Origin: Planctomycetota bacterium | GTDB taxonomy: Bacteria; Planctomycetota; B15-G4 | DNA length: 64,000 nt | Assembly (NCBI GenBank): GCA_965248575.1 | Contig: CBDFJQ010000002.1 | Location: forward strand, 4,160,001-4,224,000 | Reading direction: 5' to 3' | Shown here: piece by piece, positions 27,665 through 37,342 of the stretch | Numbering within the stretch: position 1 is the first letter of the stretch | Layout: every line of letters starts with the position of its first letter | Translations under genes and position numbers: made by a program | Notes under the pieces: model-generated | Databases searched by the model: none | Told to the model about the DNA's origin: nothing | Seen by the model: only the letters and a program-made list of their open reading frames with translations

Positions 27665-28744
27665 ATGACCGGAGCGAGACGTCGGGAGCGCATGGCCCGT
27701 GCCCGGCGTGGTGACGACTTCGATGTCCGCATGCTGGACGGGAGCCATGAGGCTTACCGCTATCGCGTGGCGGACGGTGAGGAAGGCATGCGCCTCGATC
27801 AATTCCTGGCGAAGCGCCTGAGCTGGCGCTCACGGACGAGCGCTTGCAAGCTCCTGGATGAAGGATTCGTGGGCCTGGAGGGGCGCAGCGCCCGGGCGTC
27901 GCGCAAGGTCTTCGTGGGCGACATCGTGACCGTGAAGTTGCCCCGGCCGCTACGCGATGAGGCGCTGCTCGCCAAGCCGCAGGAGGAGCGCCAGCTGACG
28001 AGGCTCTACGAGGACGAGCACCTTATCGCCATCGACAAGCCGCCGAACATCCCGGTGCATCCGTCGGGTCGGCTCCTGCACCACACGGTCATCACGGAGC
28101 TCCACAAGCAGTATCGCGACTTCGAGGATCCGACGCGCGACATCGTCCCCAAGCTCTGTCACCGCCTCGACCTGGAAACCGGCGGGGTGTTGCTCGTGGC
28201 GAAGCAGCACCGGGCACTGGTCTTCGTCCAGAGCCAGTTCGAGAAGCGCACCGTGCACAAGGAGTACCTGGTGCTGGTGCACGGCGAGCTGGAGCAGGAG
28301 TCGGGCCTGATCGATCTGCCCATCGGCCCCAACCACGCCGCGGCCGTGCGCAACAGCCGGTCCATTCGACATGACATCGGCCAGGCGTCGCGGACCCAGT
28401 GGCGGGTCGAGCAGCGCTTCGCCGGCTACACCCAGTGCCACATCGTGCTGCTCACCGGGCGCCACCACCAGATCCGCGTGCACATGTCCGCCATCGGGCA
28501 CCCCGTGGTGGGGGACAAGATCTATGGTCGGGACGAAGGGCTCTTCATCCGACACAACCAGCGGATCCTGACGGAAGAGGACCACGCCTTGCTCGAACTG
28601 CCTCATCAGGCGCTTCACAGCCATGCGCTGGAGTTCGAGCACCCCACCAAGGGGCCCATGCGCCTGGAGTCGCCCTGGCCCGAGGATCTTTCCGCCTTCT
28701 GTGGCGGCCTGCCACCCTTCCTTGGCGATCCGCCGATCCGATAA
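27665..28744 (+). CDS. RluA-family pseudouridine synthase with S4 domain (RluD-like)
   Basis: RLDQFL S4 domain; DKP, HRLD and TGRHHQIRVH motifs. Confidence 0.92.
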   Translation: MTGARRRERMARARRGDDFDVRMLDGSHEAYRYRVADGEEGMRLDQFLAKRLSWRSRTSACKLLDEGFVGLEGRSARASRKVFVGDIVTVKLPRPLRDEALLAKPQEERQLTRLYEDEHLIAIDKPPNIPVHPSGRLLHHTVITELHKQYRDFEDPTRDIVPKLCHRLDLETGGVLLVAKQHRALVFVQSQFEKRTVHKEYLVLVHGELEQESGLIDLPIGPNHAAAVRNSRSIRHDIGQASRTQWRVEQRFAGYTQCHIVLLTGRHHQIRVHMSAIGHPVVGDKIYGRDEGLFIRHNQRILTEEDHALLELPHQALHSHALEFEHPTKGPMRLESPWPEDLSAFCGGLPPFLGDPPIR

Positions 28745-28753
28745 AGTGCCGGG

Positions 28754-31315
28754 ATGAATGTCCCTGCATGCCGGTTCTCTGTCCTGACGATCGCTCTCCT
28801 CTTCGTTCTTCCGGCCGCTCGCGCGCCGCTGGGGGATGGCTACGGGAAGTTGGTGGCCGCCCAGTCAGCAGCTGCCTCGACCGCCGCCCGAAAGGGCGAG
28901 TACGAGGCTGCGGAGGCGGCCTGGACGGTGTTGCTCGAGTACGACCCCAGCTCCGCCGTGGCGCTCGAGGGCATGGTGGACGCGGCTGCCGGTCGTGAGG
29001 ATGTCGATGCCGAGGCCTTGGCCCTGCGCGAGTTGATCCAGGTCTGGCGCCCGCTGGTGGAGGCCGGGGACAACAAGCTGGCTCGCGAGCTCAAGAAGAT
29101 GGAGCAGCGGCGCAGCGAGATCGACCCCCATGCCGGTGACGCCGCCGAGCTGCTCCAGGACTACCTGGAAGACATGAAGGAACTCGGGGCCGCCTACCTG
29201 GCTGACGGCCTGCACGCCAACGCCATGGTCTGCTGGAGCAAGGTGGCCTCCTTGGTGTCCAAGGGGTCCGTCGACGAAGTGGCAGCGCTGAATGCCATCG
29301 AGACCTGCCTGTTCGAAGGCGGGGACTTCGTTGCGAAGATCGATGTGCCGCGGCGGGAGATCGGCGGCAAGGACGAGGCCTGGATCGCGGCGCACGACAA
29401 GAAGACCGCCAAGTGGAACAAGGCGGCCATGGTGGAGACGCCTCACTACAGGATTCGCACCAACGCTGGCTGGCGCATGCTGATGGCTGCGGCGGGCGCC
29501 ATGGAATCAGTGCACGCCTTCTACCGCGAGATCTGGGGCATCGTGCCGGACCCCGAAGTGGGCCGGCCGGACCCCAGCCTGCGCAACGTCACGGTGCCGC
29601 GCATCGACCTGAACATCTACCGCGAGCGGGAGAACTACCTGAAGCGCTCGGGCGCGCCGGAATGGAGCGGCGGCGTGTTCAAGGGCTCTGAGGTGGCGAC
29701 CTACGACTACAGCGGCGGGACCGATGGGGAGTCCTGGCGGGACAGCATCAAGACGCTGTTCCATGAGGCCAGCCACCAGTTCATGAGCGTGGCCGTGGGC
29801 AACGTCCCGTCGTTCGTGAATGAGGGCATCGCCTGTCTCTTCGAGGGCATCGACATCCTGCCCAACGGCACCATTCGCCGGGATCTGCCCGTCATGTCGC
29901 GGCTGAACGACCTGGAGCAGCGCATTCGCGCCGGGCGCCTGGTGTCCCTGCGCGACGTGATGGACCCCGTGAAGGGCAACGAACCCGATTTCTACGCGCC
30001 TCGCTGGGGGCTCTTCTACTACCTGCGCATGTGTGTGGACGACCAAGGGGCGTACATCTATCGCGAGCTGCTCGAGGACTACATCTACGAGTTCAAGAAG
30101 GGCACGCCCGGCAACACCGTGGAGCACTTCGAAAACTTCTTCCTCGTGCCCACCGCCGACAGCACAGGTGTCGAGAACTTCGATCAGTTCGAGAAGGCCT
30201 GGCGCCAGTGGATCCTGGATCTCAAGCGCAACCTCGGTGAGAAGGACGAGCGCCTCTCCGCCTTCCGCAAGGACGCGCGCATGGCCGGGCTCAAGAAGGA
30301 CCTGGAGACGGCTCTGCGGTTCAATGAGCGCATCCTGGACTTGGAGCCTGAGGACATCGATGCCACGCACGGGGTCGCGGAGACGTGCGAGAAGCTCGGC
30401 AGTCTCGATCGATCCGTGTACATGTACCGGCGTTTCCTCGCCCTCTCCGAGGAAGACGAAAAGCGGCGGCCCAAGGCCGTGTCCCGCATCTCGGCCCTGG
30501 ACCCCCACTCCGGGAGCTGGGACGAAGCCCAGCGCAGCCTGGTGGGAGGGATGGCGGGTCTGGCCCAGAAATACGCGGCGGCCGAGATGCCGCTGATGGC
30601 CATGCGCGTGGGGCACGATGTGCTCGAGCTGAATGCCTTCGAGGCGTCGGCCCGGGCGCTGGTCGATCGGCTGGAGCGCGAGACGGGCAAGAGCGTCATC
30701 CGCTGGGAGCGGCTGTTCAACGGCTTCGATCTGGACGGCTGGCGTTCGCCGGGGGGCGAGGGCCCGTACTACGTCACCCGGGGCGGAGATCTCAAGGCTG
30801 ACTACTCCCGGGTCTACGACAAGGACCGGCCCACGGGCGAGGATGCCGGGGTGTCGCTCTACCGCAACCTCTTCCTGGACCGTGCCGTCCAAGGGGACTG
30901 GAGCCTGGAGGCGCGCATCAGCGCTGACGACGATTGGGAGATCACGGGCCTCTGCTTCGGGGCCAAGGACGCCGACCACTTCGAGGCGATCGTGTTGCGC
31001 AAGACGGGCAAGGGCACCCTGCAGAACGTCGACTTCGGTTCCTTCGATGGCGACTGGAACTTCCGGGGCGATGGGTCCTACAAGGCCGACTACGACATCC
31101 ACTCCAAGGACGGGGTGATGTTGCGCATCGACGTCAAGGCCAAGGAGGTCTTCGTGACCCTCGACGGCGAGCCACTCAATGTCGTCGTGGATGGCAAGGA
31201 TCGCGAGTCCATCGCTTACCCTGCTGGCGCACTGCGGGGCGATGTGGGTCTGCTCGTATCGCGCGGTGTGACCGGCTTTCAGGACATTCGCTTGCTCGCC
31301 AGCAAGGCGCGCTGA
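28754..31315 (+). CDS. Exported DUF1570-like HExxH peptidase-fold protein with TPR-like helices and C-terminal beta-sandwich (DUF1080-like)
   Basis: LFHEASHQF...VNEGIA gluzincin-type motif; LFNGFDLDGW begins the C-terminal domain. Confidence 0.7.
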   Translation: MNVPACRFSVLTIALLFVLPAARAPLGDGYGKLVAAQSAAASTAARKGEYEAAEAAWTVLLEYDPSSAVALEGMVDAAAGREDVDAEALALRELIQVWRPLVEAGDNKLARELKKMEQRRSEIDPHAGDAAELLQDYLEDMKELGAAYLADGLHANAMVCWSKVASLVSKGSVDEVAALNAIETCLFEGGDFVAKIDVPRREIGGKDEAWIAAHDKKTAKWNKAAMVETPHYRIRTNAGWRMLMAAAGAMESVHAFYREIWGIVPDPEVGRPDPSLRNVTVPRIDLNIYRERENYLKRSGAPEWSGGVFKGSEVATYDYSGGTDGESWRDSIKTLFHEASHQFMSVAVGNVPSFVNEGIACLFEGIDILPNGTIRRDLPVMSRLNDLEQRIRAGRLVSLRDVMDPVKGNEPDFYAPRWGLFYYLRMCVDDQGAYIYRELLEDYIYEFKKGTPGNTVEHFENFFLVPTADSTGVENFDQFEKAWRQWILDLKRNLGEKDERLSAFRKDARMAGLKKDLETALRFNERILDLEPEDIDATHGVAETCEKLGSLDRSVYMYRRFLALSEEDEKRRPKAVSRISALDPHSGSWDEAQRSLVGGMAGLAQKYAAAEMPLMAMRVGHDVLELNAFEASARALVDRLERETGKSVIRWERLFNGFDLDGWRSPGGEGPYYVTRGGDLKADYSRVYDKDRPTGEDAGVSLYRNLFLDRAVQGDWSLEARISADDDWEITGLCFGAKDADHFEAIVLRKTGKGTLQNVDFGSFDGDWNFRGDGSYKADYDIHSKDGVMLRIDVKAKEVFVTLDGEPLNVVVDGKDRESIAYPAGALRGDVGLLVSRGVTGFQDIRLLASKAR

Positions 31316-31336
31316 CGCACACGAGGGATATCGTTC

Positions 31337-32053
31337 ATGGACCTTTTCTCCACCAGTGACCACGTGGTTGTCTGCGGCTACGGGAGCACGGGGACGTTCG
31401 TCGCGCGGGACCTGAAGGCCGAGGGCGTCCCCTTGGTCATCGTGGACCGCTCGTCAGAACGCGTCAGCCTGGCAGGCGAGGATGGGCATCTCACGCTCCT
31501 GGGCGATGTGCTCGTGCCCGAGGTGTTGAAGGAGGCCGGGATCGAACGCGCGCGTGGAGTGATCTTCGTGCTGCCCTCGGAGAGCGACAACCTCTTCGCC
31601 ACCATGAGTGCCCGGGAGCTGAACCCCGACATCTTCATCATCGCGCGACACAGCTCGGACCACGCGCGCGACAAGTTGTTGCGCGCCGGGGCGGACCGCG
31701 CCGTGAATCCCCTGGAAGAGACGGGTCGGCGGATCGGCGATGAGATCGTGCGCCCCGCCGTGATCGACCTGATGCGCATCTTCAAGGACGAAGAGCAAGG
31801 TGGCAGTGATGATGTGCGTGTGCGCGAGGTCAAGGTCGAGACCGGCAGCTCCTTGATCGGTCAGTCCCTCAAGGATGCTGAGATCCGCGCGAAGATGGAC
31901 ATCATGGTGATCGCCATGCGCAAGAGCGGCGCGAGTACGCGCTTCAACCCCGACCCGGCCCGACCCATGGAAGCCGGGGATGTTCTCGTATGCATGGGGC
32001 GTCTCTCCATGCTGCGGGTGCTTCACGACATGGGACTTGGAGTCCAGAACTGA
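31337..32053 (+). CDS. TrkA-N/TrkA-C (RCK) potassium transport regulatory protein
   Basis: HVVVCGYGSTG, DNL, AGAD and FNP motifs; no TM pore domain. Confidence 0.85.
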   Translation: MDLFSTSDHVVVCGYGSTGTFVARDLKAEGVPLVIVDRSSERVSLAGEDGHLTLLGDVLVPEVLKEAGIERARGVIFVLPSESDNLFATMSARELNPDIFIIARHSSDHARDKLLRAGADRAVNPLEETGRRIGDEIVRPAVIDLMRIFKDEEQGGSDDVRVREVKVETGSSLIGQSLKDAEIRAKMDIMVIAMRKSGASTRFNPDPARPMEAGDVLVCMGRLSMLRVLHDMGLGVQN

Positions 32054-33498
32054 TGGTCGTCGTCACGCGTGTTGCCCCCTCGCCCACGGGCGACCCCCAT
32101 GTGGGCACGGCCTACGTCTCGCTCTTCAACTGGGCCTGGGCCCGGCGTAACGGTGGGCGCTTCATCCTGCGCATCGAGGATACGGATCAGTCGCGCAGCA
32201 AGCCCGAGCACGAGACGGCGATCCTGGATGCGCTGGCCTGGTTGGGCATCACCCCGGATGAGAGCCCGTTGGGTGGCGGAGAGTCTGGCCCCTATCGCCA
32301 GAGCGAGCGCAAGCCGATCTATCGTGAGTACACCGACGCCCTGATCGACTCGGGCCATGCGTATCGGTGTTTCTGCACGGCGGAGCGCCTGTCCGAGCTG
32401 CGCGCTTTCCAGAAAGCTGCCAAGCGCCCGACGGGTTACGACGGGACCTGCAGGTCGATCCCGAAGGAGGAGGCCCTCAAGCGTGCCGAGACGGAGACGC
32501 ACGTGGTGCGGCTCGCCGTCGACAAGACGGGCACCACGCGTTTCACGGACCTGTTGCGCGGCGAGATCGTGATCGAGAACGAGAACGTCGACGACCAGGT
32601 CCTGTTGAAGTCTGATGGCATGCCGACCTACCACATGGCCAACGTGGTGGATGACCACCTGATGGGCGTGACCATCATCATGCGTGCCGAGGAGTGGATT
32701 CCGTCTGTTCCCAAGCACGTGATGTTGTACGCGGCCTTGGGTTGGGACCCGCCGCAGTTCGCCCATGTGCCGCTCTTGCGCAACAAGGACAAGAGCAAGA
32801 TCTCCAAGCGCAAGAACCCCACCTCGCTCAACTGGTACCGGGAGCAGGGCTACCTGCCCGAGGCGCTGGTCAACTTCCTCGCACTCCAAGGCTGGAGCAT
32901 CAAGGAAGACGACGAGGAGTTCGATGTGGAGACCTTCATCGAGCGCTTCGACCCCAAGGACATCAGCGTGGGTGGGCCCGTCTTCGACATGCAGAAGCTG
33001 GATTGGGTCAACGGCGAGAAGATCCGCAAGCTCGAGCTGGGCGTGCTCGCCGACCGGCTCGTGAGCGAGGGTTTTGCCGGGCCTTGGAGCCGGGACGAGA
33101 TCGTGCGCGTGCTGCCGCTGTTCCAGGAGCGGATGAAGGTGCTTCCGGACTTCGAGAAGGCAGCACGCTACCTCCGCGAGCGCGTCGACCCCGACATGGA
33201 AGGCCTGCTCAAGAAGGTCAAGAAGGCCGACCCGGAGGCCCTCAAGGCTGCGCTCATGAGTGCGGCGGATTTGCTGCAGAGCAGCGCGGGCCAGGCCGAC
33301 GAAGAGCGCGAGACCGCCCTGCGCGCCTTGGCTGAAGAGCACGGGCTCAAGGTAGGCAACCTGTTCATGGGCTTGCGCGTGGCCGTGACCGGGGCGACAG
33401 CCAGCCCACCTTTGCTGCCATCGGTGGACGAGCTGGGCGCTGAGGAGAGTGCCCAGCGCATCCGGGACCTGGTGAGTCGCCTGGTTCCTACGGCCTGA
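32053..33498 (+). CDS. gltX: Glutamate--tRNA ligase
   Basis: APSPTG, HVGT (HIGH), LRIEDTD and KISKR (KMSKS). ATG overlaps the upstream TGA. Confidence 0.95.
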   Translation: MVVVTRVAPSPTGDPHVGTAYVSLFNWAWARRNGGRFILRIEDTDQSRSKPEHETAILDALAWLGITPDESPLGGGESGPYRQSERKPIYREYTDALIDSGHAYRCFCTAERLSELRAFQKAAKRPTGYDGTCRSIPKEEALKRAETETHVVRLAVDKTGTTRFTDLLRGEIVIENENVDDQVLLKSDGMPTYHMANVVDDHLMGVTIIMRAEEWIPSVPKHVMLYAALGWDPPQFAHVPLLRNKDKSKISKRKNPTSLNWYREQGYLPEALVNFLALQGWSIKEDDEEFDVETFIERFDPKDISVGGPVFDMQKLDWVNGEKIRKLELGVLADRLVSEGFAGPWSRDEIVRVLPLFQERMKVLPDFEKAARYLRERVDPDMEGLLKKVKKADPEALKAALMSAADLLQSSAGQADEERETALRALAEEHGLKVGNLFMGLRVAVTGATASPPLLPSVDELGAEESAQRIRDLVSRLVPTA

Positions 33499-33523
33499 TC
33501 GCGACGGATACGGCGGCCCAGGC

Positions 33524-35233
33524 TCAGGGGGCGGTGGAGCTGAGCCCGTTGCTGGCGGCGAAGCCCTCGGGCGCGACAGCGTCCGCGACCCAGGCCTGAT
33601 AGTAGAGCGTGGTGCCCGGGGCAATGCCGAGCGGCCACAGGCCGCCGAGCTCCAATGTGCCGTCGTGCTCGGTCATGAACGGACCCTTGATGACACCGGG
33701 GCCGGGCGCCAGGACACCACCCAGGAAGGGTTGGCCGAGCAACTTCGATCCAGCGACGAGCCATGTGGCGCTGGCCGGTGAGGCTTGGTGCAAGCTGAGG
33801 TTGATCGGCGTCGCGGGCTTGAGGCTGCCGCGGCCGTGCAAGGACGGGGTGCCGTCGGTGCCTGGGATCCCGGGCACCAGGGCAGTCCAGGTGCCATCTG
33901 ACAGCGACAGTCGCCAGACGGCGCCCCGGTCCTGACCCAGGCCATCGTCACCCACGGCGCCTACAAAGAGGTCGGGGATGCCGTCGCCATCATCATCGCC
34001 CACTCCGGCCACTGCGATGCCCAGGGCGTCGCCGTCGGAGAGGCTCGGGTTGAACAGGCTGGTGTCACTGCCGATGCGCGCGTAGCTCTTCACGAAGCCG
34101 GCTGGGAGCATGAAGGCGATCCACACGGAGCCGCGATCCATGCCGCCACCGTCGTGCTTGTGGGCGCCGATCACGAGCTCCTGGAAGCCGTCACCGTCCA
34201 GGTCGGGGATGGCTGCGATGGAACTCCCGAAGTCGTCGGTGGCGCCTGGAGGCGTCTGGAGTTGCACGTCGGCTTGCACCGTGCCGTCGGCTGCCAGGAA
34301 GGCCACGATGGCGTAGCCCTCCGGCTCACCTGTCTGCGGGTCGGGCTTCTCGCCGGCGGTGGCGACGTCTGGGACGCCATCGCCGTTCAGGTCGCCGATC
34401 AAGGCCAACGCGGCGCCGGTGCCCGAGGAGGACGTGCCCAAGGGGTTCTTCACCTGGCTGGTCACGCTGCCATCGGGGTTCAGGGTCAGGAGCCAGAACG
34501 CTCCGGCATTGATGCCGAAGTTGTTGTCCCCAGGCGCGCCGACAGCGATGTCCGGCACGCCGTCCCCGTTGAAATCACCCATCTGGGTGACGGACGAACC
34601 GAAACGGTCCAGCTCGTTGAGCGGCCCAGCAAACTGTCCGCTGAGGGCGCTGATCTTGCGCTGTGCGCGGACGCGGCCGTCTCGCCGCAGGTAGAGGATC
34701 CACACGGCGCCGACCGATGGGTCAGGGAAGATGATCGAGCCACCGTCGTCATCGCCCGGGGCTCCCACGGCGAGTTCCGGAAGGCCGTCCCCGTCCAGAT
34801 CGCCGATGTTGGCGAGGGCATGGCCGAAGTGGTCGAGGTCGTCGAGACGGCCTTCGAAGTTTCCAGCGCTCGAGCTGATCTTCTGGTGCTGCATCACCTG
34901 GCCGGAGCTGTCCCGGAAGAGGATCCAGACGGCGCCGCGGTTCTCGCCTTCGTCATCATCTTTCGGCGCACCGACTGCGAGTTCAGCAACGCCGTTTCCG
35001 TCGAGGTCGCCAATTGGAACGACGGCTGCGCCGAAACCCGAGAAGTTGGCGAGGGGAGCCTCGAGCCCCCCTGCCATGTCGGCGATGCGCAGGGAGTCGG
35101 CGAGGTCACCGGGCTGTGCCTGGGCGCAAAGCCCTGGAGACGACGTGCAGATGGCCGTCATCAGCGCCAAGGCGCACAACGTGCGCGAGATGAGCTGGCG
35201 CGAGTTGGGCAACGACCGAAGCGGTCTCAACAT
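33524..35233 (-). CDS. Exported FG-GAP (integrin-alpha) repeat beta-propeller protein with ~120-aa C-terminal domain
   Basis: Multiple FG...GDLDGDG...AVGAP repeats; signal peptide; TATAAT on the minus strand at 35335-35340. Confidence 0.88.
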   Translation of the reverse strand: MLRPLRSLPNSRQLISRTLCALALMTAICTSSPGLCAQAQPGDLADSLRIADMAGGLEAPLANFSGFGAAVVPIGDLDGNGVAELAVGAPKDDDEGENRGAVWILFRDSSGQVMQHQKISSSAGNFEGRLDDLDHFGHALANIGDLDGDGLPELAVGAPGDDDGGSIIFPDPSVGAVWILYLRRDGRVRAQRKISALSGQFAGPLNELDRFGSSVTQMGDFNGDGVPDIAVGAPGDNNFGINAGAFWLLTLNPDGSVTSQVKNPLGTSSSGTGAALALIGDLNGDGVPDVATAGEKPDPQTGEPEGYAIVAFLAADGTVQADVQLQTPPGATDDFGSSIAAIPDLDGDGFQELVIGAHKHDGGGMDRGSVWIAFMLPAGFVKSYARIGSDTSLFNPSLSDGDALGIAVAGVGDDDGDGIPDLFVGAVGDDGLGQDRGAVWRLSLSDGTWTALVPGIPGTDGTPSLHGRGSLKPATPINLSLHQASPASATWLVAGSKLLGQPFLGGVLAPGPGVIKGPFMTEHDGTLELGGLWPLGIAPGTTLYYQAWVADAVAPEGFAASNGLSSTAP

Positions 35234-35418
35234 ATCGGGAGAGCCGGGCAAGTGAGAAGGCACGAGCAGCGCTTGATGGGGCGTCTGCGTGTCAGATCGG
35301 AGGAGAAGGACTCGCGACCCGAGGGGGGCTGGGGATTATACGCAGGAGAGGCGGTGGGTGGCTGCCCACCCGACAAGATCCTTGGCCGGGGGCAGGCGGG
35401 GTATAACACCGGCTCAAA

Positions 35419-35444
35419 TCCGAACACCTCGTCCGAACACCTCG
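35419..35444. repeat. 13-bp perfect tandem direct repeat in divergent promoter region
   Basis: TCCGAACACCTCG x2, downstream of TATAAC (35402-35407). Confidence 0.8.
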
Positions 35445-35506
35445 CGCGTGTTTCCGACACAGGAGCAAGCTGTGTTCGATCACACGCCGGACCACTGGGC
35501 CGTCAC

Positions 35507-36373
35507 ATGATTCTCGAGCTCACCAACCCTCACAGCGTTTTGGCAGCCCTGGAGCGTCGGCCGCAGGACGTGATGGAGGTCCAGCTTGCTGCTGGGCGCC
35601 CTACGGATGCTTGGCAGCGGGTTGCCAAGAAGGCGGTGGACAGCGGCGTCGCTGTGACAGAGGCACCAGCTGCAGGCGTTCAACAGCGCTCAGGCGGAAT
35701 CAGTCATGCCGAGCGAGGCTCGGACTCAGCCAATGGCGCCAAAGGGGGAGCCAAGGGGGGAGCCAAGGGGGGAGCCAAGGGTGGGGGCAAGAACAGCGGC
35801 AGGAAGGGCGATCGAGGGGGGCGTCAGGGCAAGTTCCTGGCCCGGGTGAAGCCCCTCAAGGGGGTGGAGCCGGAGGAGCTCTTCACCGGGGTTCGCGCTG
35901 GGGAGGGGCCACCCGGGCTGTGGCTGGCCTTGGATTGCGTCCAAGACCCTCACAACTTGGGAGCCGTTTTCCGTTCAGCGGCATTCTTCGGGGTGCGCGG
36001 CGTGCTGCTCACCCGGGATCGCTCGGCGCCCTTGAGCGCCGTGGCGTACGACGTGGCCTGCGGAGGGCTGGAATCGGTGCCTTACGCCAGCCCATCGAAT
36101 TTGGATCGAGCTCTCAAGACGGCGCGCGAGGCTGGGCTCTGGATCCTCGGCGCCGCTGAGGAGGCTGAGCGCGACGTCCGGCTCGTGCCCCGGGACCGCC
36201 CCTGGTTGCTGGTGCTGGGCAACGAAGAGAGCGGGCTGCGGCGCCTGACGCGGGAGAGTTGCGACGATGTCTGCCGCCTGACCTCGCGCGGAGCGGTGGG
36301 CTCCCTCAATGTCTCGGCGGCTGGTGCGGTCTTGATGGCGACGCTCACCGCGCCGGCTGACGGCGCCGGCTGA
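35507..36373 (+). CDS. TrmH/SpoU family RNA methyltransferase (RlmB-like)
   Basis: DPHNLGAVFRSA, LGNEESG and SLNVS motifs. Start trimmed to ATG 35507. Confidence 0.9.
   Translation: MILELTNPHSVLAALERRPQDVMEVQLAAGRPTDAWQRVAKKAVDSGVAVTEAPAAGVQQRSGGISHAERGSDSANGAKGGAKGGAKGGAKGGGKNSGRKGDRGGRQGKFLARVKPLKGVEPEELFTGVRAGEGPPGLWLALDCVQDPHNLGAVFRSAAFFGVRGVLLTRDRSAPLSAVAYDVACGGLESVPYASPSNLDRALKTAREAGLWILGAAEEAERDVRLVPRDRPWLLVLGNEESGLRRLTRESCDDVCRLTSRGAVGSLNVSAAGAVLMATLTAPADGAG
35738..35785 (+). repeat. In-frame 12-bp tandem repeat (AKGG)x4
   Basis: GCCAAAGGGGGA GCCAAGGGGGGA GCCAAGGGGGGA GCCAAGGGTGGG. Confidence 0.85.
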
Positions 36374-36382
36374 CGGCACCGC

Positions 36383-37267
36383 TCACAGCACTGGTTGGCG
36401 GCCGCCCTCGGCGCTGAGGGCAGAGCTCACCGCCTCGTACTCCGGGTGCTGTGCAGTGAGCAGGCCGTGGCGCAGGAAGAAGTCCATCAGCGTCAGGTTG
36501 CAGTTGAACTTGAAGTCAGCCGTCGTCTCGATCTGCCTCAGCACGTCCCGCGCTGGCCAGAGCTCGAAGGACTCCACCTCGCCGTCGGTGTTGCGCGGCT
36601 CGAAGTCAGCCGGCAGTTCGAGGTCGAAGAGGTAGAGGGTGTCGTTGCGCAGGCCGCGATCGATGTCCATGCGGTAGCTCACCTGTCCAGTGAGCGTGGC
36701 TTGGCGGGCGAGTGCTTCAGGGATGTCTGCTTCCTCGGCACACTCCTTCACCAGATTGTCTTCGAGCGAGAGGCCCATGGGTTGTCCGCCAGCGACCAGG
36801 TTGTCGAGCATTCCGGGAAAGGTCGTCTTGTGTCGGGAGCGCCGCGCGACCCACAGGTGCAGGCCGTCGGCCCGACGTACGAAGCCGTGCATGTGCACAC
36901 CGTAGGCCCGGGCGCCGAAGGTGGGCATGGCCGCGCGCTCAAGGGCGAAGCACGCCGGCGCGCTCTGGTCCCGGGCGACGGGGTAGAGCTCATGGCCCAT
37001 CTCCGGGACGATATCCAGGGATTGCAGGGTGTGGACGACGCCCGCCATGGCCGACGACCTCTGCTCGAAGGTCTCGTGACCTGCCGTGAGCTCGAGCCTC
37101 TCCTCCGAGGCGTCGAAGACCCGCTCCCCGCTCTCGCCCTTCAGAGGCCGGAGGGTCGGCACCAGCGAACGACGAACCCAGCCCAGGTCTTCCCCCGCCG
37201 CGCGAAAGGGGATGGACTGGCCGAGGTCGAGCCGAGTGCACTCGGCGATGCGATCCATGAGGGACAT
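36383..37267 (-). CDS. DUF4743/NUDIX hydrolase (thiamine pyrophosphokinase-related)
   Basis: ERAA..FG..AYGVH, PGMLDNLVAGG, KECAEEA, DGEVESF and FKFNC motifs. Start trimmed to ATG 37267. Confidence 0.85.
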   Translation of the reverse strand: MSLMDRIAECTRLDLGQSIPFRAAGEDLGWVRRSLVPTLRPLKGESGERVFDASEERLELTAGHETFEQRSSAMAGVVHTLQSLDIVPEMGHELYPVARDQSAPACFALERAAMPTFGARAYGVHMHGFVRRADGLHLWVARRSRHKTTFPGMLDNLVAGGQPMGLSLEDNLVKECAEEADIPEALARQATLTGQVSYRMDIDRGLRNDTLYLFDLELPADFEPRNTDGEVESFELWPARDVLRQIETTADFKFNCNLTLMDFFLRHGLLTAQHPEYEAVSSALSAEGGRQPVL

Positions 37268-37342
37268 GGGGGCCCATGGTAGCGGCGAAGGCCCCGTCGA
37301 CGAACGGCTGTCTTGCACCACGCGCTGGCGGCGATTCTGCTC

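Noticed and set aside
34154..35506. N-terminal extension of the 739-aa ORF, an apparent methyltransferase fusion
   Set aside because: Antisense to the FG-GAP gene plus intergenic DNA; the TrmH protein starts at 35507.
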